A stretch of 33,801 bases of DNA from Gemmatimonadota bacterium (GTDB lineage Bacteria > Latescibacterota > UBA2968 > UBA8231), in the NCBI GenBank assembly GCA_038153405.1, contig JAYOYH010000022.1:32536-66336 (forward strand), read 5' to 3'. Of this stretch, positions 16,709 through 26,438 are shown one piece after another. How positions within the stretch are numbered: position 1 is the stretch's first letter; the number at the start of each line of letters is the position of its first letter. The notes beneath the pieces were generated by a model. The model did no database searches. It saw only the letters and a list, made by a program, of their open reading frames with translations, and was not told the origin of the DNA. The translations under genes were made by a program, and so were the position numbers.

Positions 16709-19051
16709 ATGAAAAAATGGATTGCGCCATTCGCTCTGGGCATGGCCCTTACAGTCGTTAGCCCTTTGCCCGGCGCGGCGCAGCAGGACTACCCGCCCGG
16801 CGAACTACGCCTCGCTCCCAGCGTGGACTTGCACCTGCAGCCCACGCCCATCGAAGGGCTGCCGGGGCGCACGCTCAACGTGCCGCCCGGCTTTAAGATC
16901 ACGCTCTTTTCGGATCGGGTGAACAAAGCGCGCTTTATGGCCTTTGACCACCGCGGCGTGCTGCACCTAACCAATATGCACACCCGGGGCACGAACCAGT
17001 GGTCGCCCGACCCGGACCGCACCAGCGACGTGCTGGCCTTTCTCGATCCCGACGGCGACGGCCGCGCCGACAGCGTCTACGTGGCGGCCGACCGCTTTCT
17101 CTGGCCGCACAGCATCGCCTTCTACGAGGGCCACCTCTACGTGGCCGACCACGATATAATCTACAAGATGTCCGACGGCGACGGCGACGGCTACTACGAA
17201 GGGCGCGAAGAATTTATCCGAGTGCCTGGCATCATGGGCCGAGCCTCCGAACACATTACGCATACCCTTGTCTTTGACGAGAAAAACGACAAGCTCTATT
17301 TGCACGTTGGCTCCGGCTGCGACCTGTGCCGCGAGGACGACCCCGAACGCGCCACGATTCTACAGTTCAACGCCGACGGCAGCGGACGCCGCATATACGC
17401 CAGCGGCCTGCGCAACGCCATCGGCATGGATCTGCACCCCATCACCGGCCAACTGTGGGCTGCTGGCAACGGCCACGATCGCGAAGGGGCCGCGCTGCCA
17501 CCCGAGTGGATCAATATCATTCCCGAAAACTCCTTTCACGGCTGGCCCTTGGCCTTTGGCTACCAGAAGTGGGTCGACTTTTCCATATCGCAGTACCGGG
17601 ACGCAATCTTTCCGATCACCGCTCAAGACAGCGCGCGCGTAGCCAGCATCCGCCGCCCCGTCGCGCTGGTGCCGGCTCACCTGGCACCGATGGCGCTGCA
17701 CTTCTACACCCACGACCAATTTCCGCCGCAGTACAAAAACGCCGCCTTTGTCGCCTTCCGCGCCGGCGTGCTGGGCAACGATCCCGGCTACAAGGTGTCC
17801 GTGCTGTTCAGCGAACCGGACGGATCCAATGCGCGGATTGGCGACTTTGTCACCGGCTTTCGCCCCAACCCACAGAGCAACGAGTTCTGGGGCACGCCCG
17901 TCGGTCTGATCACGGACGATAGAGGCTTTCTCTACCTTACCAGCGACCGCTTTACCCAGGCCATCTTCCGCATCGAAGCCAGTCCCTTGCAGGGGCTGTG
18001 GGAAAACCCGCCCACCGACAGCCTGCTGGTCGGCTCGACGCTGCGCATCAACTCGACGCTGCGCATCGTGCGCCAACCGGATCCGGGACAACCCGTGCGC
18101 GCCGTGGCCGACCTGAGCGCCTTCGGTGGCCCGGCAGAGCTACCGCTGGAGCGCATCGACAATGTGACCTATCGCCTGCAGGCCGAGGTGCCCAGCGGCC
18201 CGGACAACGGCCGCAGGAACATCACCATCGCACTAGAACAGGCCGGCGAGCGCAATCAGATCACGCGCACCGTCGTCGTTCTGCCCGAGCGCGACCACAT
18301 CGTCTACGACGATCAGCTGCGCTGGAACCAAGGAGTGCTTTTTAGCGCCGAGCTCGATGGGGCGCAGACCGATACGACGTTTGCTGGCCAAACGGCGCTG
18401 CGCGTAGTAGCCAGCGGCTTTACCATAGAGTGGGTGCCGCAAACGCCCATCGACCAAGCCGGCTACAAGGCGCTGCGCTTTGCCGTGCATCCGGGCGATG
18501 CGACGGGCGGGTTCCGCCCCTCGTTTTCCATAACGGCCAACGGCCAAACCGGCCAACTGCTCAACGTGATCGAACAACTAGATCTGGAAAATCGCCGCTG
18601 GCAGGTCGTCGAAGTGCCGCTGGATAGACTGCCGCTCGGCGGCCGCATTGAGTCGCTGCGCATGGTAGGTAGCCTGCGCGGCACGTTCTACATCGACGAC
18701 GTGCGCCTAGTAGCGGCCGGTCCACCGAACGATCCAACCGCCGTCGAAGAGAACGAGGGGAGATCGACACCGGCCGATTTTGCCTTGGAGGCCAACTACC
18801 CCAACCCGTTTAACGCGCGCACGACGCTGCGCTACCGCCTAAACGCCGCCGGTCCCGTGCGACTCGACATCTACAGTCTGAGCGGTCAGAAAGTGCGCAC
18901 GCTGGTCGATGCAGTGCAGCAGTCCGGAGCCTATAGCGTCGTGTGGAACGGCGACGACGAGGGCGGGCGCAGCACCGCCAGCGGGGTTTATCTGGCTCGC
19001 CTGGAAGGGCAGGGAGCGGCGCAAGTGCACAAGATGCTCTTGTTGAAGTAG
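16709..19051 (+). CDS. Secreted sorbosone-dehydrogenase-family propeller + Ig-like + carbohydrate-binding-like domain + FlgD/T9SS-type C-terminal sorting domain
   Basis: Paralog of the previous gene over ~420 aa, then RWQVVEVPL...FYIDDVRLV (CBM-like) and ALEANYPNPFN...LDIYSLSGQKVRTLV...WNGDDEGG...SGVYLARL...KMLLLK. Confidence 0.88.
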   Translation: MKKWIAPFALGMALTVVSPLPGAAQQDYPPGELRLAPSVDLHLQPTPIEGLPGRTLNVPPGFKITLFSDRVNKARFMAFDHRGVLHLTNMHTRGTNQWSPDPDRTSDVLAFLDPDGDGRADSVYVAADRFLWPHSIAFYEGHLYVADHDIIYKMSDGDGDGYYEGREEFIRVPGIMGRASEHITHTLVFDEKNDKLYLHVGSGCDLCREDDPERATILQFNADGSGRRIYASGLRNAIGMDLHPITGQLWAAGNGHDREGAALPPEWINIIPENSFHGWPLAFGYQKWVDFSISQYRDAIFPITAQDSARVASIRRPVALVPAHLAPMALHFYTHDQFPPQYKNAAFVAFRAGVLGNDPGYKVSVLFSEPDGSNARIGDFVTGFRPNPQSNEFWGTPVGLITDDRGFLYLTSDRFTQAIFRIEASPLQGLWENPPTDSLLVGSTLRINSTLRIVRQPDPGQPVRAVADLSAFGGPAELPLERIDNVTYRLQAEVPSGPDNGRRNITIALEQAGERNQITRTVVVLPERDHIVYDDQLRWNQGVLFSAELDGAQTDTTFAGQTALRVVASGFTIEWVPQTPIDQAGYKALRFAVHPGDATGGFRPSFSITANGQTGQLLNVIEQLDLENRRWQVVEVPLDRLPLGGRIESLRMVGSLRGTFYIDDVRLVAAGPPNDPTAVEENEGRSTPADFALEANYPNPFNARTTLRYRLNAAGPVRLDIYSLSGQKVRTLVDAVQQSGAYSVVWNGDDEGGRSTASGVYLARLEGQGAAQVHKMLLLK

Positions 19052-19061
19052 GCCGATCATC

Positions 19062-19099
19062 GCATTTTCCACCTGCGACTCAACGCAGGTGGAAAATGC
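19062..19099. terminator. Strong intergenic hairpin (terminator or REP-like)
   Basis: GCATTTTCCACCTGCG-ACTCAA-CGCAGGTGGAAAATGC, perfect 16-bp stem 11 nt after the stop; no U tail after the stem. Confidence 0.6.
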
Positions 19100-19151
19100 A
19101 AATACAACCGTTTACCGCAGCCCGCAGCGCGAACAGCGGAGGCCTATTTTG

Positions 19152-19634
19152 ATGTCCCCCACGGCTGCATCCGATCGGACCACGCCACCGCTCAACTTTC
19201 CGCGTGCCTACGACTTCACCACGCGCACGGTCGACGGCCGACGCGAGATCCTCGACGCACTGCGGCGCCAATACGTCGCCCTGACCCCCGAGGAGTGGGT
19301 GCGGCAGAACTTGGTGCAATTTCTCGTACGGGATATGGACTATCCGCGCGGTCTAATGGCCATCGAGCACTCTCTGGAAGTGCACGGCCAGCCCCACCGC
19401 GCCGACTTGGTCGTCTACGACCGCGGTGGCACGCCGCTGCTATTGGGCGAGTGCAAGGAGCCGAGGGTGGCCATTTCGCAGGAAACCCTCGACCAAATCG
19501 CCCACTACAACCGCGCCCTGCGCGCGCGCTACCTGCTCATCAGCAACGGCCTGCAGCACTACTGTTACGCCATTGATCGAGAGCGGGGACAGTTTCGCTT
19601 TCTCGATCACCTACCGCGCTATACCGAGCTCTAG
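19152..19634 (+). CDS. Stand-alone type I restriction enzyme HsdR N-terminal-domain protein
   Basis: ILDALRRQYVALTPEEWVRQNLV, RADLVVYD, LLGECKEP, QIAHYN, LISNGLQH; GGAGG RBS. Confidence 0.88.
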   Translation: MSPTAASDRTTPPLNFPRAYDFTTRTVDGRREILDALRRQYVALTPEEWVRQNLVQFLVRDMDYPRGLMAIEHSLEVHGQPHRADLVVYDRGGTPLLLGECKEPRVAISQETLDQIAHYNRALRARYLLISNGLQHYCYAIDRERGQFRFLDHLPRYTEL

Positions 19635-20161
19635 GCCGTTGGGCTGGCCGCGTGCCGGCCGAGCGCCACATCTATTTCCCCCAGCACCTGATCGACGGCT
19701 AGCAGTCGTATGTTGGCCTCAGCCAGCAGCGTCTCGGCCTCTACATAAAAGGGCTCTGCTGCTTCGAAGGACTGCTCTTGTTCAACCTGCCAACCGGAGA
19801 CAATATGCGCACAGGCGCGCTGGCGCAGTTCGACTGCGGCGCGCATGTCGGCGTGCATCTGTTTCAGCTTGCGCGGCGGCACCACGGTGTTCAACTGTCC
19901 AAGTACGGCCGCTATACGCCCATCTAACGCCTGACAGGCTGCGGCCAAGTTCTCGCCCGTAGCTCGGCTGGCAGAGCCTACGGCCATCGCGCGCAGGGCT
20001 TGCTCAACTTCGTTGATCTCGGCGATGAGCGGCGCAATTTCGGCGCGATAGGCTGCGACGCGTTCCGCGTCGCCATAGGGCGTGTCGGCGCGATCCTCGC
20101 CGCAGCTACACAGGGACAAAAACAGCAGCAGCGCGGCGCACCGGCCTCGCATTTGCATCAT
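19631..20161 (-). CDS. Hypothetical helical lipoprotein
   Basis: AGGAG RBS; MMQMRGRCAALLLFLSLCS|C lipobox-like; all-helical pattern. Confidence 0.72.
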   Translation of the reverse strand: MMQMRGRCAALLLFLSLCSCGEDRADTPYGDAERVAAYRAEIAPLIAEINEVEQALRAMAVGSASRATGENLAAACQALDGRIAAVLGQLNTVVPPRKLKQMHADMRAAVELRQRACAHIVSGWQVEQEQSFEAAEPFYVEAETLLAEANIRLLAVDQVLGEIDVALGRHAASPTA

Positions 20162-20348
20162 TGCATGTACTCCTTTCGACGCGCGCGGGTGACGTTCGCA
20201 CGCACGGATCCACCGTCGTTTTTTATCGACGCTGGATCTCCATTTCTTTTGCCAATTTTAAACGCGATGCGCAGGCGGAAGAGGATACGCCGTGCACGGC
20301 AGGTGGGATACGCGGCCCAACAGGCAGTGGCGACGGCCATGGGCCGTC

Positions 20349-21305
20349 TTATTTTTGCAGCCGCTCCCTGAAGTTTTCCAGCGTCGCCTTCAGTCCGTCG
20401 ATGCGATCCACTTTGGGTGCCCAACCGAGGATGGTGCGCGCCCGCGTGGTGTCCGGCTGGCGAATCTTGGGGTCGTCTTCAAAGCCAGCCGGCAGGGGTT
20501 GGTAGGTAATCTCGCTCTTATTGCCGGTCAGTTCGAGTATCTCCTCGGCTAGCTGCTTGATCGAAATCTCGACCGGATTGCCGATATTGACCGGCATGAC
20601 TTCGTCGCTCATCAACAGCAGCCACAGGCCGTCGATCAAATCACTGACAAATTGGAAGCTGCGCGTTTGGCTGCCGTCGCCATAGATGGTGATGTCTTGG
20701 CCGAGTATGCCCTGGCGCATGAAGTTGGGCAAGCCGCGGCCGTCGTCTAGGCGCATGCGCGGTCCGTACGTGTTAAAGATGCGCACGATGCGCGTTTCGA
20801 CGCCGTGCGTGCGGTGATAGGCCATGACCATGGCCTCGGCAAAGCGCTTGGCCTCGTCGTAAACGCCGCGGTAGCCAATGGGATTGACATTGCCCCAGTA
20901 CGATTCTTTCTGCGGGTGTTCCAACGGATCGCCATAGACTTCCGAAGTGGACGACAACAGCAGCCGGGCCCCTTTGGCCAGCGCCAGCCCGAGCGCGTTG
21001 TGCGTGCCCAGCGAACTCACCTTGAGCGTCTGAATGGGCATCTTCAGATAATCGGCCGGCGATGCGGGCGATGCAAAGTGCATTATGTTGTCGAGACGCC
21101 CGGGAAAATCGATGTAGCGGGTGATGTCGTGCTCTACCAGTTCAAAGCGGGGATGGTCCAGCAAGTGGGCTACATTTTCGCGCGAGCCGGTGAGGAAGTT
21201 ATCCATGACCACGACCCTGTGTCCTTCGGCCAAAAACCGATCGCTCAGGTGCGATCCCAAAAAGCCGGCACCGCCGGTTATAAGGGTAACGGGGATATCG
21301 GACAC
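20349..21305 (-). CDS. UDP-glucuronate decarboxylase (UDP-xylose synthase) family SDR
   Basis: [58 protein letters not shown] start after GAAAGGA. Confidence 0.93.
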   Translation of the reverse strand: MSDIPVTLITGGAGFLGSHLSDRFLAEGHRVVVMDNFLTGSRENVAHLLDHPRFELVEHDITRYIDFPGRLDNIMHFASPASPADYLKMPIQTLKVSSLGTHNALGLALAKGARLLLSSTSEVYGDPLEHPQKESYWGNVNPIGYRGVYDEAKRFAEAMVMAYHRTHGVETRIVRIFNTYGPRMRLDDGRGLPNFMRQGILGQDITIYGDGSQTRSFQFVSDLIDGLWLLLMSDEVMPVNIGNPVEISIKQLAEEILELTGNKSEITYQPLPAGFEDDPKIRQPDTTRARTILGWAPKVDRIDGLKATLENFRERLQK

Positions 21306-21357
21306 TGTAATCCTTTCCAGTCGGCAGAAACGCTCTGCGCGTTCGATCCGTACTGCG

Positions 21358-22566
21358 CTAGCTCCACGCGCCCGATGGCGCGCCGCCGCGCTCAATCATG
21401 CGCTCCAGCGCCAGCAGGTTGCGCATTGCGCAGCGCGGATGGTGGTAGTTTTCCTTGCGGGCGACGTGCTCGACAAAGTTCACTTTGCGATCGCCGCTGT
21501 ACAAGTAGAGCGGGAAACCGTGCTGCCGGAGCGAGAAGCGTTCCTCGACATAGTCATAGGTGCGCTCAAACCACTGCGCCGGCCAGTCCCAGTCGGTGTG
21601 TTCGAGCAGAATCAGACAGCCGATCATCACTTCTTCCTGCAGCCACAGTACCTTGTCGTAAACGTAGGCGCCGTGCACGTCCAACGCGCGCAAAAATCCG
21701 CCGTAGACGTCGTCCCAAGACACTTCTAAATGGCGGCGGAAGCGCTCGGCGGCCAATTCGAAAAGAGCGCGATCGCCGCGGCGCAGGGCCTCGGGCAGGA
21801 GCATCCACAGCGTCTCAATGGCGTGGCCCAAGTAAATAAAAGACTCGTTGGCATCGTCTGGGCGCGAATAGTCGTGGGCCAAGACTTCGTTCATCAGGCC
21901 GTATTCGGGATTCCAATACTTGTGTACGATCGCATCGACCACGCGCTCGGCCAGCGCTTCCAAGCGCTCATCCTGCACCTGCTCCAGCATCTGGGTAAGG
22001 ATTAGGATAAGCACCATATGGCTACCCAGAGGGCGCTGTCCCTTATAGCTAAGCGGGATATAGCCCTCGTCGACAAAGCGCTCGGGATCGTCAAACTGCG
22101 CTAGCCCGCGCCACAGCGCCTGCTGCGCCACCTGCATGGCTTCTTCGTCGCCCGTCGCGTGCGCATAAGCCTGCATTCCCTCGGCCACAAAGAGCGTGGC
22201 ATAGCCGCGCGGCGTCGCCGGCGATTCAACTTGGCCCGTGCGCGTCAGGCTCTGCACCCAATCGCCGCGCTCGTCGCGGCCGTAGCGCAGCAGAAAGTCC
22301 TTCGCCTTGCACGCTACATCCAAGTTTTCGTCACCGCCAAAGTGGCGATAGAGGTAGGAATAGGTCCACAGGCCACGTCCCTGGTACCACATGTACTTGC
22401 TGTCGCTCGAACGCGTGCCGTCGTGGTCAATGGCGCACATAAAGCCGCCCAATTCGCGGTCAATGCCGTGGCGTTGCCAGAAGGGCAGATACTCTTCGAA
22501 CAGGTAGTGCCGATAGCGATCGCGCAGCGCTTGTAGGCTGTGCCGCCCTATGTGTGTTCGCATCAT
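21358..22566 (-). CDS. AGE family (N-acylglucosamine 2-epimerase-like) sugar epimerase/isomerase
   Basis: [56 protein letters not shown]. Confidence 0.88.
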   Translation of the reverse strand: MMRTHIGRHSLQALRDRYRHYLFEEYLPFWQRHGIDRELGGFMCAIDHDGTRSSDSKYMWYQGRGLWTYSYLYRHFGGDENLDVACKAKDFLLRYGRDERGDWVQSLTRTGQVESPATPRGYATLFVAEGMQAYAHATGDEEAMQVAQQALWRGLAQFDDPERFVDEGYIPLSYKGQRPLGSHMVLILILTQMLEQVQDERLEALAERVVDAIVHKYWNPEYGLMNEVLAHDYSRPDDANESFIYLGHAIETLWMLLPEALRRGDRALFELAAERFRRHLEVSWDDVYGGFLRALDVHGAYVYDKVLWLQEEVMIGCLILLEHTDWDWPAQWFERTYDYVEERFSLRQHGFPLYLYSGDRKVNFVEHVARKENYHHPRCAMRNLLALERMIERGGAPSGAWS

Positions 22567-22596
22567 GCCTCAATCCCGAGCAGAAACCGTCTCGCT

Positions 22597-23097
22597 CTAG
22601 CGGAGCTCTCGCCCTTTGCGCTCAATGACCTTTTTCGTCAGTCTGTCCACCACGTCTTCTATCGTCTGTTTGCTGATTTCCCACGGGCCAATTTCGTAGT
22701 AGAACGTCAGGTCCTGTTCGGCGGCAGAGCGGTTCAATTCATCCATCTTTTGCTGGGCGACGGCCATGTCTGAGTCGAACAGTATGACGATCTCATCGCC
22801 CGAGTACCAGCGCGCTACGATATCGCTGCGGCGAAAGGGGACGGAGAACATCTCCTTGACGCGGCGATCCACCTCGCTGTAGCCCAGCAGTTCGTTCAGG
22901 TCGTGTATGCGGTTCAAGTCGATAAAGGCCACGTAGCGCGTGGCGCGCGGCATCACGTGGCAAAACTGCAGAAAGGCCTCGCGGGTCCACATGCCAAAAC
23001 AGCTGTCCCAGCTCAGTTCCTCTACCCGTCGGCGCAGTTCGCTTATTTCGGCATCAAAGCCAAAAAGCCTGCCAACCAAATGCTTTAACATACTCAA
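22597..23097 (-). CDS. Small stand-alone GGDEF-like protein with degenerate SGDEI motif
   Basis: Coiled coil, then WDSCFGMWTR (cf. DxLTGLxNR), AFIDLNRIHDLNELLGY (cf. DIDxFKxxNDxxGH), RRSDIVARWYSGDEIVIL. Start TTG 23097 or ATG 23091. Confidence 0.8.
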   Translation of the reverse strand: MSMLKHLVGRLFGFDAEISELRRRVEELSWDSCFGMWTREAFLQFCHVMPRATRYVAFIDLNRIHDLNELLGYSEVDRRVKEMFSVPFRRSDIVARWYSGDEIVILFDSDMAVAQQKMDELNRSAAEQDLTFYYEIGPWEISKQTIEDVVDRLTKKVIERKGRELR

Positions 23098-23184
23098 CCG
23101 TTCTCCAACGAGCTTTCGCGCGACAAACCGTTCAGCGGATTATAGTATAGGGAGAGAGAAGAGAGCGCTCAAGAAGCGAGCCGC

Positions 23185-24546
23185 TCATAGGGCGCATGCG
23201 GCCGGCCCGGGTCGCGATGCAAAATAGCTGGCCGACTGCGCTGCTTGCGGATGGGCTTCCGCGTAAGCCGCCTGCCATGCGCGGTTGAACTCGCCGGCGC
23301 GTTCCCGTTCGACCAGCGCCCACACGCCGCCGCCGAATCCGGCGCCAAAGGCCGACGCGGCCAGAGCGCCCTCGCGGCGAGCCAAGCGCGCCATATCTGC
23401 CGTCTCTGCAATCTGGTTGCCCAGGATATCCACGCCATGCTCCTGCGAACGGTCGACCTGGCGGCCGAATTCGGCCAGGTCGCCACCGCGTAGCGCAGCG
23501 GATGCCGCGTCGATAATCTCTCCGTCTTCGATCAGAAAGTGCTGCAGGCGCCGCTGCAGCGCTTCCGGCGCATAGGGCCCTTCGCCGATGGCCCCCAGTG
23601 CATTGTGCAGCCGCTCCGCGGCGCGCGGCTCCGAGCGCAGCACATCGGCCAGGTACACCTGGCGGCCACCCGTGGCACGGCGCCACGCATCGACGATGGC
23701 ACCCACCTGCAGCGCCGCTCGATTATACAGGTCCTGTGCCGATCCGGTCTTCTCGGCGACCACCCCGGAGAACCCGACGGCGAACGCGTAGTCCTCCGGT
23801 ACGGCGATGCGCTGCTCTAGGCGCGCCGGGCAATAGGCAAACTGTCCCAGCTGGCCCGGCTCTGAGCAGAGAATGGCCGTGTGGTCTTCGCTGCCGCCAA
23901 ACGTGCCAACACCGCGGTCGCCAGTCAGGTCGCCAAAGCTCTGGCCGTTTTCAACTGTGCCCAAATAAGCGGCCAGCTCCAAATCGCTCCCAATGTGTTG
24001 GCGGTACTCATCGCGGCTTGACAGGTCGTTGCACGCGGCCAGCACGAGATAGGTAGCCACCATAAACGCGCTGGAACTGCTCATGCCCGCTGCGACGGGC
24101 AGGTCGCTTAAAAAAGCGATATCCGCCCCGCGCAGCGCGCCGAAGTTGCGCATCAGGCGCCGCATCACCGTCATGGGATAGTTCGCCCAGCCGCTTTCGG
24201 GTACATCCATATGCGCATCCAGCGCGCATTCGAGCAGCGCGTCGCTGCCGATGGCCATCACCGTCACCCGCGCGTCTGCGCGCGGTACGGCCACCATGCA
24301 AAAACCACGCTCCACGGCGGCGACGATGCTGCGCCCGCCCGCATAGTCGGTATGCTTACCTAAAACTTCGATGCGACCCGGAACAAAGTAGGCGTGCGCG
24401 GTCGCTGCGGCGGCCGCTCCTCGCTGCTGCAGCGCTTCGGCGGCGCGCGCGAAGAGCCGGGCTTTGGCTAGCCCTTCTTGCGGCGATAGGCCAGCCCGCT
24501 CCAACGGTTCGCAAGCTCGTCCTTCCATCAGCTCCAAGAGCGTCAC
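23185..24546 (-). CDS. Galactokinase-like GHMP sugar kinase
   Basis: PGRIEVLGKHTDYAGG, WANYP, LPVAAGMSSSSA, GGSEDH, AFGAGFGG; GTGA overlap with upstream gene. Confidence 0.88.
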   Translation of the reverse strand: MTLLELMEGRACEPLERAGLSPQEGLAKARLFARAAEALQQRGAAAAATAHAYFVPGRIEVLGKHTDYAGGRSIVAAVERGFCMVAVPRADARVTVMAIGSDALLECALDAHMDVPESGWANYPMTVMRRLMRNFGALRGADIAFLSDLPVAAGMSSSSAFMVATYLVLAACNDLSSRDEYRQHIGSDLELAAYLGTVENGQSFGDLTGDRGVGTFGGSEDHTAILCSEPGQLGQFAYCPARLEQRIAVPEDYAFAVGFSGVVAEKTGSAQDLYNRAALQVGAIVDAWRRATGGRQVYLADVLRSEPRAAERLHNALGAIGEGPYAPEALQRRLQHFLIEDGEIIDAASAALRGGDLAEFGRQVDRSQEHGVDILGNQIAETADMARLARREGALAASAFGAGFGGGVWALVERERAGEFNRAWQAAYAEAHPQAAQSASYFASRPGPAACAL

Positions 24547-25352
24547 AGCTTCACCTCCACATCGCCCAACAAACGGGCCACTGATCCGACGTCGCCCTGA
24601 TTGGACAGGTCCAGCACGGCGGCGTGGCAAATCCGCATGGTAAAGCGCACACCGAGATGGTCAATGGCGTGCTGCACGGCATCCGGCAGCTCAAATTCTC
24701 CGCGCGCCGATGGCCCGATCGCTCGACAGGCGGCAAATATGCGCGCGTCAAAGCGCCAGCAGTTCATACTCACTCCCAGCGGCCCCTGCAGCGTCTGCAC
24801 CGTCGCGTCGTCGGGTTTTTCGACAATGCGCTGCAGCACGCCGTCGGCGTCCGCCTCGGCGAGGGCGAATTTGAGTATGCGCTCAGCCGGTATATTGCCT
24901 TCGGCAATCATGCTGTCACGCGCAAAGACGGCCAGCCCTGGCCCCGCTAGAGCGCGCAGGCTAGATAACGCAGTAACCGGGTAGTAATTATCGGAGTTAA
25001 CGACGGCAAAGTCTTCGCCAGCGGCAAAGTCTTCGGCGGCCAACACGGCGTCGGCCGTGCCGCGCGGCTCGCACTGCACGGCAAATTCTATCTGCAGGCG
25101 TCGGCAGTCTAACTCCTGCGCACAGTAGCGCCGCAGCGCGTCGTGCTCGGGCCCGATAACCAAGCAGATGCGGCGGTATCCGGCGTCGGCCAGCGCCCCT
25201 AGCGCGTAGTCGAGAAAAGGTCGCCCAATCGGTATCAGTGCCTTGATCCCGGTAGATGCAATGGCGGATTGCTGTGCGTCTAAATTCGCCTGCGGATTGG
25301 TCGCGCGCATGCGCGTTCCCAGTCCGCGGGCCATAATCACGGCTTTGTCCAT
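24543..25352 (-). CDS. Sugar-1-phosphate nucleotidyltransferase
   Basis: KAVIMARGLGTRM, KALIPIGRPFLDY, QCEPRGTADAV, NSDNYY, IVEKP, SARGEFELPDAV. Confidence 0.92.
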   Translation of the reverse strand: MDKAVIMARGLGTRMRATNPQANLDAQQSAIASTGIKALIPIGRPFLDYALGALADAGYRRICLVIGPEHDALRRYCAQELDCRRLQIEFAVQCEPRGTADAVLAAEDFAAGEDFAVVNSDNYYPVTALSSLRALAGPGLAVFARDSMIAEGNIPAERILKFALAEADADGVLQRIVEKPDDATVQTLQGPLGVSMNCWRFDARIFAACRAIGPSARGEFELPDAVQHAIDHLGVRFTMRICHAAVLDLSNQGDVGSVARLLGDVEVKL

Positions 25353-25359
25353 TTGTTCC

Positions 25360-26355
25360 CTATTTTTGTGGAGCGCGGAAGCGCTCCCCGCCGTCGGCAT
25401 CCACCAGTTCTAGCGTCGCCGCACCGCGGTCGTCCATGTGCAGCGTGGCGCGCGTGTGCCCTTCGGCATCGTAGAGATCCAGGCGCGGGCGACCGTCTTT
25501 GCGCGCACCAAGCCCGGCGCGGAAGCGCTGCTGACCGTCTAGCAACCCCATCCAGGCCAAACCCTCCTGCAGAACGCCAACCATCGTTCGCGTGCAGCCG
25601 TCGTCGTCGCGCAGTTCAAGCAGGCACATGCCGTCGTCGCGCACGCGCAGCGATGCGCGCGGGCGGCCGTTGGCATCCTGTAGCTTGAGTTCGGGCGCAC
25701 CCTGCTCGCCGAGGCCCTGCTGCAGGCGAATGCGACCGCTAGCATCCATAAAGCTAAGCACCATGCGGCCGTTATCCGCCGTTCCCAAGCCCACGCGTGG
25801 GCGACCGTCCGCTTCGTAAAAGCCCAACCCAGGACCCCCGTCTTCTCCCAGCGCCCAGCAGGCGCGCGCACAGCCGTCGGCATCGCACAGCTCAATGCGC
25901 GGCGCGCCGTCGTTGCCCACCAGCAGGCGCAGGCGCGGGCGGTTGGCCGTATCGCAAACGACCAGCCCCCCACCATCGTCGACGACCAGCCCGAGGCGCA
26001 GGTGGCTATGACCGCGCGCATCGCGCAGCTCGAAGCCTCTATCGGCAGATAGGTAAACGCGCTCGCGGCCGCTGCTATCGCACAGTGCCAGCGTGCGGCC
26101 GCGAAGCGCTGGCGGCCGGAGTCTGCGCCAAACCATAAACAGCGAACCCAGCAGCACGATGGCCAACCCACCGAAATACAGCGTGCGCTCCAAGGCCTGT
26201 AGGCGCTGCGTCAGTTCGAGGAGCGCTTGCTCTGTTCCCTCCGGTAGCGCCGCTGCGCTCTCCTGCTGCGCCCAAGCGGTCCCCACCGATGCGAGGCACG
26301 CGAACGACGCACCGGCGGCCACGAGCAGCGCCGATTGTACGGTGCGATTGATCAA
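25360..26355 (-). CDS. Membrane protein with ~10 tandem 23-aa beta-hairpin repeats
   Basis: Signal-like N-terminus ending AWA|QQ, short coil, TM helix YFGGLAIVLLGSLFMVW-RRLR, then DxxGxxRxxLxxxxDGxxxLxLx repeats. Start uncertain (TTG 26355 or ATG 26385). Confidence 0.72.
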   Translation of the reverse strand: MINRTVQSALLVAAGASFACLASVGTAWAQQESAAALPEGTEQALLELTQRLQALERTLYFGGLAIVLLGSLFMVWRRLRPPALRGRTLALCDSSGRERVYLSADRGFELRDARGHSHLRLGLVVDDGGGLVVCDTANRPRLRLLVGNDGAPRIELCDADGCARACWALGEDGGPGLGFYEADGRPRVGLGTADNGRMVLSFMDASGRIRLQQGLGEQGAPELKLQDANGRPRASLRVRDDGMCLLELRDDDGCTRTMVGVLQEGLAWMGLLDGQQRFRAGLGARKDGRPRLDLYDAEGHTRATLHMDDRGAATLELVDADGGERFRAPQK

Positions 26356-26438
26356 CCTAGGCGCTTTCTCTATTATGCAATGCAATGATGATACAACCTG
26401 CTTTCTATCCCGGCAAGCACGCCGTGTGGAGCTAGCGC

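Noticed and set aside
19152..19634. Type I restriction-modification defence locus
   Set aside because: Only the stand-alone HsdR-N domain; no helicase, hsdM or hsdS nearby.
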